Source: Escherichia phage MN05. Taken from it: a DNA stretch of 64,000 nucleotides. The position numbers and the translations under genes are program-made. Under the pieces are notes generated by a model, which saw nothing but the letters and a program-made list of their open reading frames with translations, was not told the DNA's origin and did no database searches. Positions 40,166 to 48,840 of this stretch are shown here, one piece after another; the first letter of the stretch is position 1, and every line of letters begins with the position of its first letter. The stretch is from sequence record NC_070987.1, one strand, 5' to 3'.

Positions 40166-40310
40166 ACTCTACGAAAGTAGAAGGCATATAGTCTATATCA
40201 TCTTTAGATGTATGACCATAAACTTGAATAAGCTTTTTAATCTTATCCTTCTCTCTTCGAGGAAGCATTCTAAATGCCTCCTGAATATCTGTAATATGTT
40301 TGATTTTCAT
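40077..40310 (-). CDS. hypothetical protein
   Basis: 77 aa ORF. Confidence 0.3.
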   Translation of the reverse strand: MKIKHITDIQEAFRMLPRREKDKIKKLIQVYGHTSKDDIDYMPSTFVECGIASGFTFDHKVFQQFVDHWRKDGKEDL

Positions 40311-40456
40311 CAGAAATTCCTGCTAATCCTCTGAGTTGTGGGAACAGCAATATTCACATACTCCACAACAAGGGCAGATTTCTACACTTGGGTCATATGC
40401 ATCATCAACTGTCATCCCACACTTGGTGCAGAACACATCGTCATCTTCTTCCAACA

Positions 40457-41113
40457 TTAACTCTCCAAAGTTTTCTTCAGAGCTGCCCACGAGATTGGGT
40501 AGAGCTTAGCCATCTCTTCATCCAGAGATTGAGCAAACACTCGAACTTCATATTGAGCGTGAGAGGAAAGTCGCTGACGACACAACTCAAACCAGCCATA
40601 CAAAGAACCAGTCCACACCCACTCAGTGATCATCCCCTGAGGAAGAACAAATCGAGCTTGCTCTGGTGCAACAAATTCAATCAACTTATCATATGCTGCT
40701 AGAGAGGCTTCATATGCATCGTTAATCAACATTAATGCTTCAGCTCGTTCTCCATTGATGAGTTGAATCCCTGAACCTGCATGGAGGTCCGAAGGTCTCG
40801 CAAAAATCTCTTTAGGGATGAAGACTTCAACTGCTCCATCTTTATACCGCCGGGACATTTCGTTCCACGAGAATCCAACCTGATGCTTGCCCAACTGTCT
40901 CGCAATTGCGATAGGTGCTTTGCATCGGAAACTGACTTGCGGGTGTCGGAATGGGGTAACATGCTTCTCTCTTGCGAGGAAGTTGATGAGACGTTCATCA
41001 CGTTCATTTAAATCACCTTCACGGGTTACGCCAAAGGAAACTCGAGCTGCGTTTACTACGCTACGATCACTTCCCATAGCTTCGATTAATGTTGCTTGTA
41101 ATTGTTCATTCAT
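40457..41113 (-). CDS. thyX: flavin-dependent thymidylate synthase ThyX-like
   Basis: 218 aa; AARVSFG...HVTPFRH, KHQVGFSWNEMSRRY and QARFVLPQGMITEWVWTGSLYGWFELCRQR...HAQYEVR match ThyX blocks, with KHQ in place of canonical RHR. Confidence 0.65.
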   Translation of the reverse strand: MNEQLQATLIEAMGSDRSVVNAARVSFGVTREGDLNERDERLINFLAREKHVTPFRHPQVSFRCKAPIAIARQLGKHQVGFSWNEMSRRYKDGAVEVFIPKEIFARPSDLHAGSGIQLINGERAEALMLINDAYEASLAAYDKLIEFVAPEQARFVLPQGMITEWVWTGSLYGWFELCRQRLSSHAQYEVRVFAQSLDEEMAKLYPISWAALKKTLES

Positions 41114-41128
41114 CCGTGAATTTCCTTA

Positions 41129-41344
41129 TTAATATTCCTTGATTGGAGAAACTACAAAACCACCCAGAACTGACATATGGGATTGTCTTAAACTTACCGT
41201 ATTGACAGGCATTGGTACAACTTTTAAAGCTTTCTTGAAACGACGAGCCTCTTTTCTGGTCTTAAAGTTTTCTGAAAAAGGGACTGGATTGTCCCCCACG
41301 TAATACACCACTGTCCAGAAATATTTAATCTTTTCCATATTCAC
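41129..41344 (-). CDS. small protein, paralog family B
   Basis: 71 aa; FKTRKEARRFKKALK and C-terminal ...KEY resemble the tandem trio at 43200-43815. Confidence 0.4.
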   Translation of the reverse strand: MNMEKIKYFWTVVYYVGDNPVPFSENFKTRKEARRFKKALKVVPMPVNTVSLRQSHMSVLGGFVVSPIKEY

Positions 41345-41616
41345 TTAACACCTAAAGCTGTGTCCAAAAATGCTTTCAGGTTTGCTTCAGTCTGCATACC
41401 AGAGAGGCTGTAATGTGCACCACTGTTACGATCAGGCACAACGAAAGCAGGGATGCTTCGTACACCATACTTAACAGCTTGCTCACGACCATCACCTTCA
41501 AGGATGTTAATCTCTTCCACTTCTACATCAAACTCCTTAACAACCTTCTCAAAGGTAGGAGCCATTGCTTTACATGGAGCACACTGATCACTATAAAACT
41601 TAATTACTTTACTCAT
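41341..41616 (-). CDS. thioredoxin/glutaredoxin-like protein
   Basis: about 90 aa from MSKVIKF; CAPC redox motif and thioredoxin-fold-like layout. Confidence 0.5.
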   Translation of the reverse strand: MSKVIKFYSDQCAPCKAMAPTFEKVVKEFDVEVEEINILEGDGREQAVKYGVRSIPAFVVPDRNSGAHYSLSGMQTEANLKAFLDTALGVK

Positions 41617-41806
41617 TCTATTCCTTGTTAATAAACAGGTTGATATGACGCTGGGTAGCAGGAACAACAATAAAAGATTTATACTGACCTTTTGCTAGGT
41701 CATGAGCAATCTTCTTTGTCTGACCAAGACCCATCACACAGCCACTAACGATAATGGCATGTGCTTGTAATTCTTCAGGTAGGTTTAGTTTCACTCTTTG
41801 GATCCC

Positions 41807-41992
41807 TTATAGCATACAAAGAATAATAACAAGAGGTAGTGTTATAGCAAAATGTACCAGAACAACACTACCTAGCTTGATAGCTTTAACATCCTCTTCT
41901 GCTGGGTTTTCTTTAATTGCTAAATTTCGAGCTTTATATATAACAGTACCAACTATTAACGACCACACGGCCCACACAATCAGTGAAATCAT
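41807..41992 (-). CDS. small two-TM membrane protein (paralog family D)
   Basis: 61 aa; MISLIVWAVWSLIVGTVIY ... VVLVHFAITLPLVIIL. Confidence 0.4.
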   Translation of the reverse strand: MISLIVWAVWSLIVGTVIYKARNLAIKENPAEEDVKAIKLGSVVLVHFAITLPLVIILCML

Positions 41993-42001
41993 ATCAAACC
42001 C

Positions 42002-42181
42002 TTATGCAGTCAGGAGGTGAAGCAGGAATGGGATAACAACAGCTACGATAACCATGATAGTTGATGCTGTTTGAATCTCACCTTTCTTATCAGGAGTTTC
42101 TTCAATAAGCTTACCAGAAGCCCAATAAATACCACCACCAATAAAGATAGCCCAAATACCCCATACGATTGCTGATAACAT
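42002..42181 (-). CDS. small two-TM membrane protein (paralog family D; hand-translated)
   Basis: 59 aa MLSAIVWGIWAIFIGGGIYWASGKLIEETPDKKGEIQTASTIMVIVAVVIPFLLHLLTA, paralogous to 41807..41992; replaces listed ORF 42043..42315. Confidence 0.45.
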   Translation of the reverse strand: MLSAIVWGIWAIFIGGGIYWASGKLIEETPDKKGEIQTASTIMVIVAVVIPFLLHLLTA

Positions 42182-42241
42182 ATATCTATATCCTTATAAA
42201 TAAGTTCGCCCCACCTCGGGTTAGGAGACAGGGCGGAGGTT

Positions 42242-42820
42242 TTAGTAAGACACGTCACCACTTGAATGGGACATGTTGCTCTTGACGAAGTAGCAATACT
42301 TGCCAAGACCTTCATTAATTTCTTGAAGCATACTCTGATCGACAGGGTAGGTGGCTAAATCGCCATCAAACTCATCCATCTTCTCAATAATACACATCAA
42401 GGTCATGCACATATCAGAGAGCATACCGTCCATATCCAGATCAGCATTACCCTCTGAGAACCAAGCATGAGAGATGTAGTTAGCTGCTGTAGCATCCACT
42501 TTAACACAGTGGTAACGCATACGTTCAGCAATACGATCTCCTACCTGTCGTGCGTAATCTTCCAGCTCATCAAACATACCATGAACACCCTGAAATCCTG
42601 CACCAGAGACGTTCCAGTGATAGTTTTTAGCTTTGATATGCAAGAGTTCCATGTTAGCTTGTAAGCAGCTCAGGATGTGTTCTAGGCTATTTCCGCTAAT
42701 CATGCCTTGCATCGTTTCAAGGCGAGAGATTGAAAGCTCAGACCGGTCTAACATGTTATATTCTGCACGACCAATCTCAGGTAAATCAAAGACATTCTTA
42801 TGCATTTGGCTTTTCTCCAT
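42242..42820 (-). CDS. Dps/ferritin-like protein
   Basis: LQANMELLHIKAKNYHWNVSGAGFQGVHGMFDELEDYARQVGDRIAERM matches the Dps signature (K..N.HWNV.G..F...H..F.E.Y......D..AER); start taken at an internal ATG. Confidence 0.55.
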   Translation of the reverse strand: MEKSQMHKNVFDLPEIGRAEYNMLDRSELSISRLETMQGMISGNSLEHILSCLQANMELLHIKAKNYHWNVSGAGFQGVHGMFDELEDYARQVGDRIAERMRYHCVKVDATAANYISHAWFSEGNADLDMDGMLSDMCMTLMCIIEKMDEFDGDLATYPVDQSMLQEINEGLGKYCYFVKSNMSHSSGDVSY

Positions 42821-43127
42821 CAAGTTCAACTGAATTAGCAACGTTACGTTCCAGATTGTCAATTACCTGCTGGGTAATTACGATGCAGTTCTGTGGGTCT
42901 ACTGACTTAGAACGCCCCATTTCAGGGTCATACACCTTAACTCGCTTAGCAGTTGAACCTGTAACCTGAAGAACCTTCAACAGATACCCCTGATTACCAA
43001 TAGACCAAGCAACAACATCACGATTCTTGATAAAGCGACCAAGCATATCACGATGATAAAACTGTTGCATCACCTTGGATTTTGTAATCTCTTCAGTGGG
43101 CGGGGCCACTTTACTCAAATCTAACAT
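42798..43127 (-). CDS. hypothetical protein
   Basis: 109 aa ORF downstream of a promoter-like element. Confidence 0.3.
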   Translation of the reverse strand: MLDLSKVAPPTEEITKSKVMQQFYHRDMLGRFIKNRDVVAWSIGNQGYLLKVLQVTGSTAKRVKVYDPEMGRSKSVDPQNCIVITQQVIDNLERNVANSVELDGEKPNA

Positions 43128-43166
43128 AACTCTCTCCTGTAAAATACAAATTCTTATTGTACTCTA

Positions 43167-43200
43167 TATACATTTGAGAGTTATCATATCTACTACCAAT
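43167..43200 (-). promoter_or_regulatory. putative promoter ATTGGTAGTAGATA-N11-AAATGTATA (minus strand)
   Basis: bipartite element with spacing identical to the plus-strand copy at 31861-31894; about 40 nt upstream of the ATG at 43127. Confidence 0.4.
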
Positions 43201-43409
43201 CAGTAGTAAATTACTTTAGACATAAAAGAACCAGTGTTAGGGTCTTCATACCAGCGATGTATGTCAGCGCTTTTTACTATTGTGCCCAGAGTCTTCAACT
43301 GTTTCTTAGCAATACGAGCCTCTTTGCGAGTGTCAAACAATTTGATGCTATCTTTTCTCATGTGTTGCTCAAGATCCCAAACAACATGAATAGCCCACAT
43401 CTTTTTCAT
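43200..43409 (-). CDS. small protein, paralog family B
   Basis: 69 aa; FDTRKEARIAKKQLK ... KVIYY. Confidence 0.4.
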   Translation of the reverse strand: MKKMWAIHVVWDLEQHMRKDSIKLFDTRKEARIAKKQLKTLGTIVKSADIHRWYEDPNTGSFMSKVIYY

Positions 43410-43618
43410 TAGTAATGCACCTTTCCGCTGATATAAACACGACCAGAAGAATACTCCTTGGCCTTATGGATACTGATACTATTGACCACGTCACCAGTAA
43501 GCATAGTCTTTTTAAAATCTCGAGCTTGTTGGCGAGTGGGTAGTGCAGTCATAGTCATGCCACCTGATGCCCACTTAATCTTTGCTAACCAAAATTTTCT
43601 CATAGTGATTGGTCTCAT
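43409..43618 (-). CDS. small protein, paralog family B
   Basis: 69 aa; LPTRQQARDFKKTM ... GKVHY; start overlaps the stop of its neighbour. Confidence 0.4.
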   Translation of the reverse strand: MRPITMRKFWLAKIKWASGGMTMTALPTRQQARDFKKTMLTGDVVNSISIHKAKEYSSGRVYISGKVHY

Positions 43619-43815
43619 TAATAATAAACCTTGCTGTTGGCAAAAAGAGCACCTTCGTTATTCACGATAGCTTTACCAATACTAACCTTGTTAAACCTAA
43701 AAGTAGATTTGTATTGATTTTTGACCCTACGGGCGTGCTCTCGAGTATTAACAAAATCTACAGCTACTAACTCTCCAGTCGTGTTATCATGTACACGAAC
43801 AATCCACTTTTTCAT
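43618..43815 (-). CDS. small protein, paralog family B
   Basis: 65 aa; VNTREHARRVKNQYK ... SKVYY. Confidence 0.4.
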   Translation of the reverse strand: MKKWIVRVHDNTTGELVAVDFVNTREHARRVKNQYKSTFRFNKVSIGKAIVNNEGALFANSKVYY

Positions 43816-44018
43816 TTTACTAAACCTTTCATATAATCATAAAGAGCATTAGAAGCTTTACCCCATTCAAGGTGCTTCTTATCCATATAACTCTTACAGG
43901 TTTCTTTACTGCTTTCATCACAAGTATCAAATCGATGACAGGCTCGACCAAATACCATGGCTTTTAACTGAACATCAGTAGTTAGATATTTAAGTTCTTG
44001 AAACTCTTCTTTAGTCAT
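43812..44018 (-). CDS. hypothetical protein
   Basis: 68 aa ORF. Confidence 0.3.
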   Translation of the reverse strand: MTKEEFQELKYLTTDVQLKAMVFGRACHRFDTCDESSKETCKSYMDKKHLEWGKASNALYDYMKGLVK

Positions 44019-44552
44019 TTACACACCTTTAGATGCAACTACACCTTCAGAGTTATTATAACGACCCTTCACTGCATAGGAATGTTCCCCTGCATGAGAG
44101 TGCTCAAACATCACCATCTGACCAACACGCATACCAGCACGAACTCGTAAGCTGTGGTGCTTGGTTACGTTATGGAACTCAAATGTCAGCTTACTGCTAT
44201 TGAATCCAGCGTCTGCCCATCCAGCGTGGAGGTGATTCAAACCACAACGAGCCATAGACGAACGCAGAACAAACAGGCTTGAGATGTTATCTGGAAGGTT
44301 AAACTCCTCCATAGAGTGAGCCAAGAAGAACTGACCCGGAGTGATAACCAAACCCTCTTCAGGAATCTTTACTTCCTTCCACTGAAGATTCTCTTTCGCA
44401 TCAATATCAACGATGCCATCAGCCTGTTCTTCAACAAGGATAGTATCACCAATACGGATATCCACACTAGCAGCGTTAACATACTTATGCTCCGCATTCA
44501 GATAGCCATTGTCAATTACATCGTGCAGTTCAATACTTCCTAGTAAACTCAT
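44019..44552 (-). CDS. dCTP deaminase-like (Dcd/dUTPase-fold) protein
   Basis: 177 aa; ASVDIRIGD and HAGWADAGFNSSKLTFEFHN resemble Dcd family motifs. Confidence 0.55.
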   Translation of the reverse strand: MSLLGSIELHDVIDNGYLNAEHKYVNAASVDIRIGDTILVEEQADGIVDIDAKENLQWKEVKIPEEGLVITPGQFFLAHSMEEFNLPDNISSLFVLRSSMARCGLNHLHAGWADAGFNSSKLTFEFHNVTKHHSLRVRAGMRVGQMVMFEHSHAGEHSYAVKGRYNNSEGVVASKGV

Positions 44553-44561
44553 TCTTATTCC

Positions 44562-45860
44562 TTAGTTATTTGTTTCTACGTCAAAAGAGATTCCACGACC
44601 CGCCTCATCGGCAAACCGAACTGTACGGGTTTGAGGTTCTAATATTTCAGGGTTGTCAGCAACAAAGCGATCAGCGAGACTCTGGTTGACAGTCTCAGCG
44701 AGTTCCCCATGAGAAGGAATATCAAAATCACCAACAGCGAAACCCTGACCAGAGAACTGACGTGCACTAACAGTCAAACCATTTGATTGACCATTAGAAC
44801 GTCTAGACAACCATCGCCCAAATGAATCGCTAGTAACACCAAGAGCTTCTTCAAAAGATGTTCTCCGGGTAGAGCTTAGGTTTCGTGCTTCGTTTGCTCG
44901 ACGTCTTGCAGGGGCTACAAACACCCCTTCAACTGCATTGTGCCGATTAGGTTCATCTTCTCGACCAAGGAGATCTCCTCCTGTATTGGTTGTTAAGTTT
45001 GTCAACCCTTCAGACCAATACGCACTAATCTGACTAGATCCATGAACACTTGACATTAACTGGATTTCTTCATAAGGGATTCCAAAGAATCGACTCATGT
45101 CTTGGTCAACACAATATTGAGGACTTGCTGTGTCGCCAATAAGAGATACTTGACCTTGGTTATTAACCAGATCCCTGACCATCTGAGGTATAGGTTGTTG
45201 CCGAGCATGTGCCATATAATGAAAAGCAACTCCCGGGGTTTGGAACCTTAACACTTGTGAGTTAGGCCACTTCTTGTGGACATATTTAATCTCTCGAGCA
45301 GTCACAACCACTGGAATTGGAGAAGTCATAGCCAAGTATCCATGAACGGTCATGAATAGCTTATCAAGAGTCATAGCACCACGACACATCATAGGAAAAT
45401 TATCTAGAACCTCTTCGATAGAGGTGGGATAGTTAAACATGAATTGGATTCGCGTTCCATGCCACTGAAATTCAATGATATCAGTGAATGTTAATTGAGA
45501 AGTTCCTGCATATGGCTCATCTGTAGCTTCAGCAAGGAGAGACGAATACTCAATATCTTGTGACTCAAGCCACTCTTTCACATTGCTTTCAAGTTCGCTC
45601 CCAAGAGCTTGCCAACGGCCCACTGAAGTGAAAGTGTTTTGTGTTCTTGGTGTTTGCCCTCTGACGATAAAGATATCAATGTCGTGCGGAGCTATGTTAT
45701 TAATAACAGCATCACGAACAGCCCCACCAGTAATGATAGGGCAAATACCGTCTGGAATCAAGTTGTTGTCAATTAATTGTTCAATGAAGTGACGACCAAC
45801 AGTGATATCAGGTTGTTGAGCAACCTTATCTTCAATTTGGTTAATCGGGATAACAATCAT
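44562..45860 (-). CDS. nucleotidyltransferase with CCA-adding-enzyme/poly(A)-polymerase-type head motif
   Basis: about 432 aa from MIVIPINQ; ITGGAVRDAVINNIAPHDIDIFIV matches GGAVRD-x9-DxD of class II tRNA nucleotidyltransferases; remainder without recognisable motifs. Confidence 0.5.
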   Translation of the reverse strand: MIVIPINQIEDKVAQQPDITVGRHFIEQLIDNNLIPDGICPIITGGAVRDAVINNIAPHDIDIFIVRGQTPRTQNTFTSVGRWQALGSELESNVKEWLESQDIEYSSLLAEATDEPYAGTSQLTFTDIIEFQWHGTRIQFMFNYPTSIEEVLDNFPMMCRGAMTLDKLFMTVHGYLAMTSPIPVVVTAREIKYVHKKWPNSQVLRFQTPGVAFHYMAHARQQPIPQMVRDLVNNQGQVSLIGDTASPQYCVDQDMSRFFGIPYEEIQLMSSVHGSSQISAYWSEGLTNLTTNTGGDLLGREDEPNRHNAVEGVFVAPARRRANEARNLSSTRRTSFEEALGVTSDSFGRWLSRRSNGQSNGLTVSARQFSGQGFAVGDFDIPSHGELAETVNQSLADRFVADNPEILEPQTRTVRFADEAGRGISFDVETNN

Positions 45861-45861
45861 T

Positions 45862-46416
45862 TTACATTTTCCAATATAATGAAGGTGGGTCGTAAGGGTC
45901 AAATCCTGTGAGTTCACACAAGTATTTATAAACCTTAACAGTTAAGTTAACGTCCTGTTCACAGTAAGTAAACATATCTTCAGTGAAAGCATCCCATGCT
46001 TCCTCTTGCTCACCGTAATCTCCTTTAAGTTCCTCTAAGAACTCACCCCATTGCTTCAAGCCGTGACCTCTTGGGCCATGTCTAGGGTCACCTTTCGGAT
46101 ACTCAGGACTGTCACCAATACGGTCAGGTTTAAGATATCGACTAAGACACAAGGTGTCGAAGACGTTAAAACGATATTTAATCAGATTGGGATACATCTT
46201 CTTCAGAGCTGGTAAGTCGAAGTCAATAATGTTATGACCCACGAGCACATCAGCTTCTGTAAGTTTACGAATCCCATCTTCAATTTGGTGAGGCCGATAG
46301 CCCCACCTTTCACCAGTTTCAACATCGAAGATGTAAATACACCATACTTTAGTTATGTCATCGTACAGTGCATTACTCTCGATATCAAATGCAAACACTT
46401 TCTTTTTCTTTACCAC
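45862..46416 (-). CDS. DNA polymerase 3'-5' exonuclease domain (T7 gp5 N-terminal-like), separate gene
   Basis: 184 aa; [11 protein letters not shown]...YRP...[12 protein letters not shown]...FDTLCLSRY...[15 protein letters not shown] parallels the T7 DNA polymerase N-terminal exonuclease region. Confidence 0.75.
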   Translation of the reverse strand: MVKKKKVFAFDIESNALYDDITKVWCIYIFDVETGERWGYRPHQIEDGIRKLTEADVLVGHNIIDFDLPALKKMYPNLIKYRFNVFDTLCLSRYLKPDRIGDSPEYPKGDPRHGPRGHGLKQWGEFLEELKGDYGEQEEAWDAFTEDMFTYCEQDVNLTVKVYKYLCELTGFDPYDPPSLYWKM

Positions 46417-48200
46417 GGTGAAGCTCCATCTGCTTGGTTGACGAGAGAAGCTGCATCCTCTCCGTTAGTTAAAACGAATGGATTATCTTCATCAACTTCA
46501 AAGTCTTCCCTTTCTACAAGTCTCCCGGTTTCACTGATATACTTAGTATAACAGACACCTGTCTGACCGTAGTTACGTTCTTTCAGTAATCTAATGACTG
46601 AGAGGTTCTTAGCTAAGCCGTCAGCTTGCTTGTCACGCTCAAAGCCAATGATACACTGACACCAACGCATAAGAGAACGAGAGCCAGTGAACTGTACTTC
46701 ACGTACCTGTCCACCTTCTTCATGAGGAGCACCACCTGCCGGAGCATTAAGGTGAGATAGAACGAAAGCGGTAAAGTCTAACTCTTTACACATACCAGCA
46801 AGCTCGGAAGCGATCTTACTGATTTCAGTGTTAATCTCTGAAGGTGTTAAATGAGATACCAGAGCGGTAATGTTATCAAGGATGATGAACTTACACTGGT
46901 TTTCAACTACCCAGAAACGGATACACTGTTTAATGTCTTCCCATTCGTTCTGCCCAAAGTTGTCATATAAGAAGAACTTATCTGCATAACGAAGTGCTTC
47001 ATTACGCAAATCCTCCTCATCATATTCAACATCAGGTCGGTGGAAAGGAATTGATGCTGACTTACCAGCAATGTTCTTAACAGACATGCCTACCTTCTCT
47101 TCCAAGAAGAAGCCACCTCCATTAAAACCATGCTCTAAGCACAGATGAGCAACTAGCTCGTGAGCAATGAGTGTTTTACCACTCCCTACTCCACCACCAA
47201 TTGCTACCACCTCTCCCCATCGAATACCGAAGGTCATCTCATTCAGAGTCTTCCACGGATATGGGATACCCCACTCCGCTTTCTTCAGAGCATCATCAAG
47301 GCAATCAAAGATTGTTACAGCACCAGCAGGAGATTCCCGCTTTGCTGAATACTTGAGAATGTTGAATAACTCTTGACCACGACCAGACAGAAGCATGTCA
47401 TTCGCATCCTTAATCTCTTTCTCCACACCGTTGTATGGGAAAGTTCCTTTAGGAATACGAGCAAACTTGACATGAGGGAATAAAGAACGACCTTTTGTTA
47501 AAGCTATCTCACCTGCATCATCGTTGTCCATGCAGAGCACAACCTCCTCAAAACCATTTACGAAGTCTCGATTACGAGACAACACAGAAGAGATTGAACC
47601 TGCACCGAACGGTAAAGAAACACATGCTGGTTTAATGTTTGTTGCATTTGTAAAAGCTGTAAGGACATGGAAACCTGACATACAGGATAGCGGGTCTTCA
47701 AAAATGAAGAGCTTCTTGTTGTACACATCTCCACGTTGAGCTTGTGCCATACCGAATAAATCTGCTTCTTTCACACTGCCGACGTAATAGAACTTCTTAC
47801 TATCTAGCAGCTTAACCTCGTATCCGACAATGTTTCCATCACGTTCACGAGGAAAGAAGTAACTGTCTGGTGTCTGACCATCAGTTTGACTGAGGCCAAT
47901 ACGACACTCAAAACGCTCTGATACGGCTTTAGGGATTAAACGTCGAGTAAGTTCGCCCTGAGGAAGCTCTAAGCAATCATCTAAGACTTCTCTTAACTCT
48001 TCAGGGGATAACTCTTTCTTCTCGTTTGGAGTAGGTGTAGTGCCCTTTTCGAACACTTCGTAATTCCCACAACGGTTACAACTCCCCCACTCCTCACCTG
48101 TCTCTTCGTTACGGAAGAGAATCATGTGGTTGTGGGTTTTATCACGACCATGAGAGATACATTCCTTACAACCTGTGTCTCCCAAAATGATCTTTGACAT
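46410..48200 (-). CDS. primase-helicase (T7 gp4-like)
   Basis: 596 aa; N-terminal Cys4 zinc-binding region, central primase-like region, helicase Walker [10 protein letters not shown] and Walker [11 protein letters not shown]. Confidence 0.8.
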   Translation of the reverse strand: MSKIILGDTGCKECISHGRDKTHNHMILFRNEETGEEWGSCNRCGNYEVFEKGTTPTPNEKKELSPEELREVLDDCLELPQGELTRRLIPKAVSERFECRIGLSQTDGQTPDSYFFPRERDGNIVGYEVKLLDSKKFYYVGSVKEADLFGMAQAQRGDVYNKKLFIFEDPLSCMSGFHVLTAFTNATNIKPACVSLPFGAGSISSVLSRNRDFVNGFEEVVLCMDNDDAGEIALTKGRSLFPHVKFARIPKGTFPYNGVEKEIKDANDMLLSGRGQELFNILKYSAKRESPAGAVTIFDCLDDALKKAEWGIPYPWKTLNEMTFGIRWGEVVAIGGGVGSGKTLIAHELVAHLCLEHGFNGGGFFLEEKVGMSVKNIAGKSASIPFHRPDVEYDEEDLRNEALRYADKFFLYDNFGQNEWEDIKQCIRFWVVENQCKFIILDNITALVSHLTPSEINTEISKIASELAGMCKELDFTAFVLSHLNAPAGGAPHEEGGQVREVQFTGSRSLMRWCQCIIGFERDKQADGLAKNLSVIRLLKERNYGQTGVCYTKYISETGRLVEREDFEVDEDNPFVLTNGEDAASLVNQADGASPW

Positions 48201-48226
48201 GCTCTTCCTCCTTGGAATCCTTGAGC

Positions 48227-48430
48227 TTAGTAGAACGAACGAATTTCATCCCACACTTGTTCCTGTTCTTTCCTATAAAAAGAAAGTTGGGTCTTGAACA
48301 TCTCCACTGATGATTCAAAGTTTTTAGATTGTGCAGCTTCAACGAAACGTTCATGTCGGTTGATTTTGCACCGTAGCATTAGATACTTGGCTTCAAGTCT
48401 CCGAAGAGCCTGTCTTTTCTCAAGATTCAC
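48227..48430 (-). CDS. hypothetical protein
   Basis: 67 aa ORF. Confidence 0.3.
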   Translation of the reverse strand: MNLEKRQALRRLEAKYLMLRCKINRHERFVEAAQSKNFESSVEMFKTQLSFYRKEQEQVWDEIRSFY

Positions 48431-48839
48431 TTTTCAGATACTCTGACCAGTCGCCAGATTCAACCAGAACGTCTTGTTCTTCGTCAATGTGATAAATCCA
48501 AGCGATAACAGTTTCACCTGAGTCCAGCTTAACGGCAATCTGGGTGCGTTGATAGAAGCTGTCTTCAGGGCTACGTTTGTTGTAACCTTCCAGTCGGTCA
48601 TATGGGCCTTCCAGACCTGCTTTGTCAGTAGCAAACACTTCTACACGAACAGGCTTATTGTTATTGCTGTGTGCGAGAGAGATGCTTGGGAAGTAGGAAC
48701 CACCATAACGGAACAGATCAAAGTTGTCTTCAGTCCAACCTTCACCAATTGACTTAGCACCAGCTCGGTCATTAACTAGATAGTTAGCTTGACCACGACG
48801 AAGAGAACCATAAGTTGCTACGTAAATTACTTCTGACAT
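48420..48839 (-). CDS. gamma-glutamyl cyclotransferase-like (AIG2/GGCT fold) protein
   Basis: 139 aa; N-terminal ATYGSLRRG and central PYDRLEGY resemble the YGSL motif and catalytic Glu context of GGCT-like enzymes. Confidence 0.55.
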   Translation of the reverse strand: MSEVIYVATYGSLRRGQANYLVNDRAGAKSIGEGWTEDNFDLFRYGGSYFPSISLAHSNNNKPVRVEVFATDKAGLEGPYDRLEGYNKRSPEDSFYQRTQIAVKLDSGETVIAWIYHIDEEQDVLVESGDWSEYLKSES

Positions 48840-48840
48840 T

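Noticed and set aside
42043-42315. Listed 90-aa ORF
   Set aside because: A different frame on the same strand encodes a 59-aa protein clearly paralogous to the adjacent 41807..41992 gene; the listed frame is probably spurious.
35051-46416. Intron or intein interruption as the explanation for the split polymerase
   Set aside because: The intervening 9 kb holds about 20 independent genes with their own RBSs and several promoters and terminators, unlike a group I/II intron or intein insertion.
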